In this document: positions 63,559 through 64,000 of the stretch, piece by piece
Position numbering within the stretch: position 1 is the stretch's first letter
How the letters are laid out: every line of letters starts with the position of its first letter
Source: Heptranchias perlo
Lineage: Eukaryota
Assembly (NCBI RefSeq): GCF_035084215.1
Contig: NC_090359.1
Location: 24,180,001-24,244,000, forward strand
Direction: 5' to 3'
Length of the DNA stretch: 64,000 nt
The notes under the pieces: generated by a model
Database searches by the model: none
The model's input: only the letters and a program-made list of their open reading frames with translations
Told to the model about the DNA's origin: nothing
Program-made: the position numbers and the translations under genes

Positions 63559-64000
63559 CGCGGCTCCTCACTTCACTCTGTTGGAGGCTTCGCTGCACTG
63601 AGGCTCATGAGACGGGGTGATGACACATTTATTAAACCGCTACAATTAGTAGTTCTGCTTTTCTCCTTCTATCAGTGATCTCACATCCGTCTCTAGTTAG
63701 GGAGCTTGTCTCTCCTGGAAAACCACACCCTCAACTCCGGGATCATTTTCCCTGACTTCCCGCCTGATTTCGGCCCAGGCAACAGCTTCGACTGGGCGCG
63801 GCCAAGTCAAAGTAGTGTAAACGATGGCGGGATTTCAGGCGTAAATGAGTTACGCCCATAACTGCATTACGCCCAAGTGTCCGCCATCTTTTAGGTCCGT
63901 CCATTAAACCCTTCCCCCGAACCAGTCCCCACCTACAATGCCCCCAGGACCGAAAGGCAGGTTTCTGCCAATTGTGTTAGTTCGGGGTGGTGGGGGGAGT

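Larger units (their letters stand above)
37833..64000. repeat. Segmental tandem triplication (~11 kb unit): ~37833-49160, ~49165-60060, ~60063-64000 (partial, continues off the window)
   Basis: Near-identical unique blocks at offsets of ~11.3-11.4 kb and ~10.9 kb (e.g. 40587/51993/62960; 49411/60309). Confidence 0.93.

Overview
Repeat-rich vertebrate genomic DNA. The CR1/L2 LINEs, DeuSINE and minisatellite families point to a cartilaginous fish (inference). Four spliced genes were reconstructed by hand with consistent exon phases. (1) A + strand cornifelin/PLAC8-family gene (177 aa, coding exons 15416-20145) with a candidate ISRE+TATA promoter and non-coding first exon at the end of a ~9.7-kb 29-bp satellite. 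(2) A convergent - strand cluster of three single-IgV paired immune receptors of the PILR/Siglec type. Gene A (7 exons, 280 aa) has an uncharged TM, two ITIMs and a PILR-alpha-like sialic-acid site (FHG, YFCR, QWQ). Genes B and C (4 exons, 202 aa, near-identical) have an Arg in the TM and a short Tyr-free tail (activating type). Their IgV has lost the sialic-acid Arg and differs from A at ~42/123 residues although the flanking introns are almost identical. The cluster is a recent ~11-kb tandem triplication whose junction cuts through a relic Arg-containing IgV exon. Most ORFs in the supplied track are artefacts of tandem repeats or decayed retroelements.
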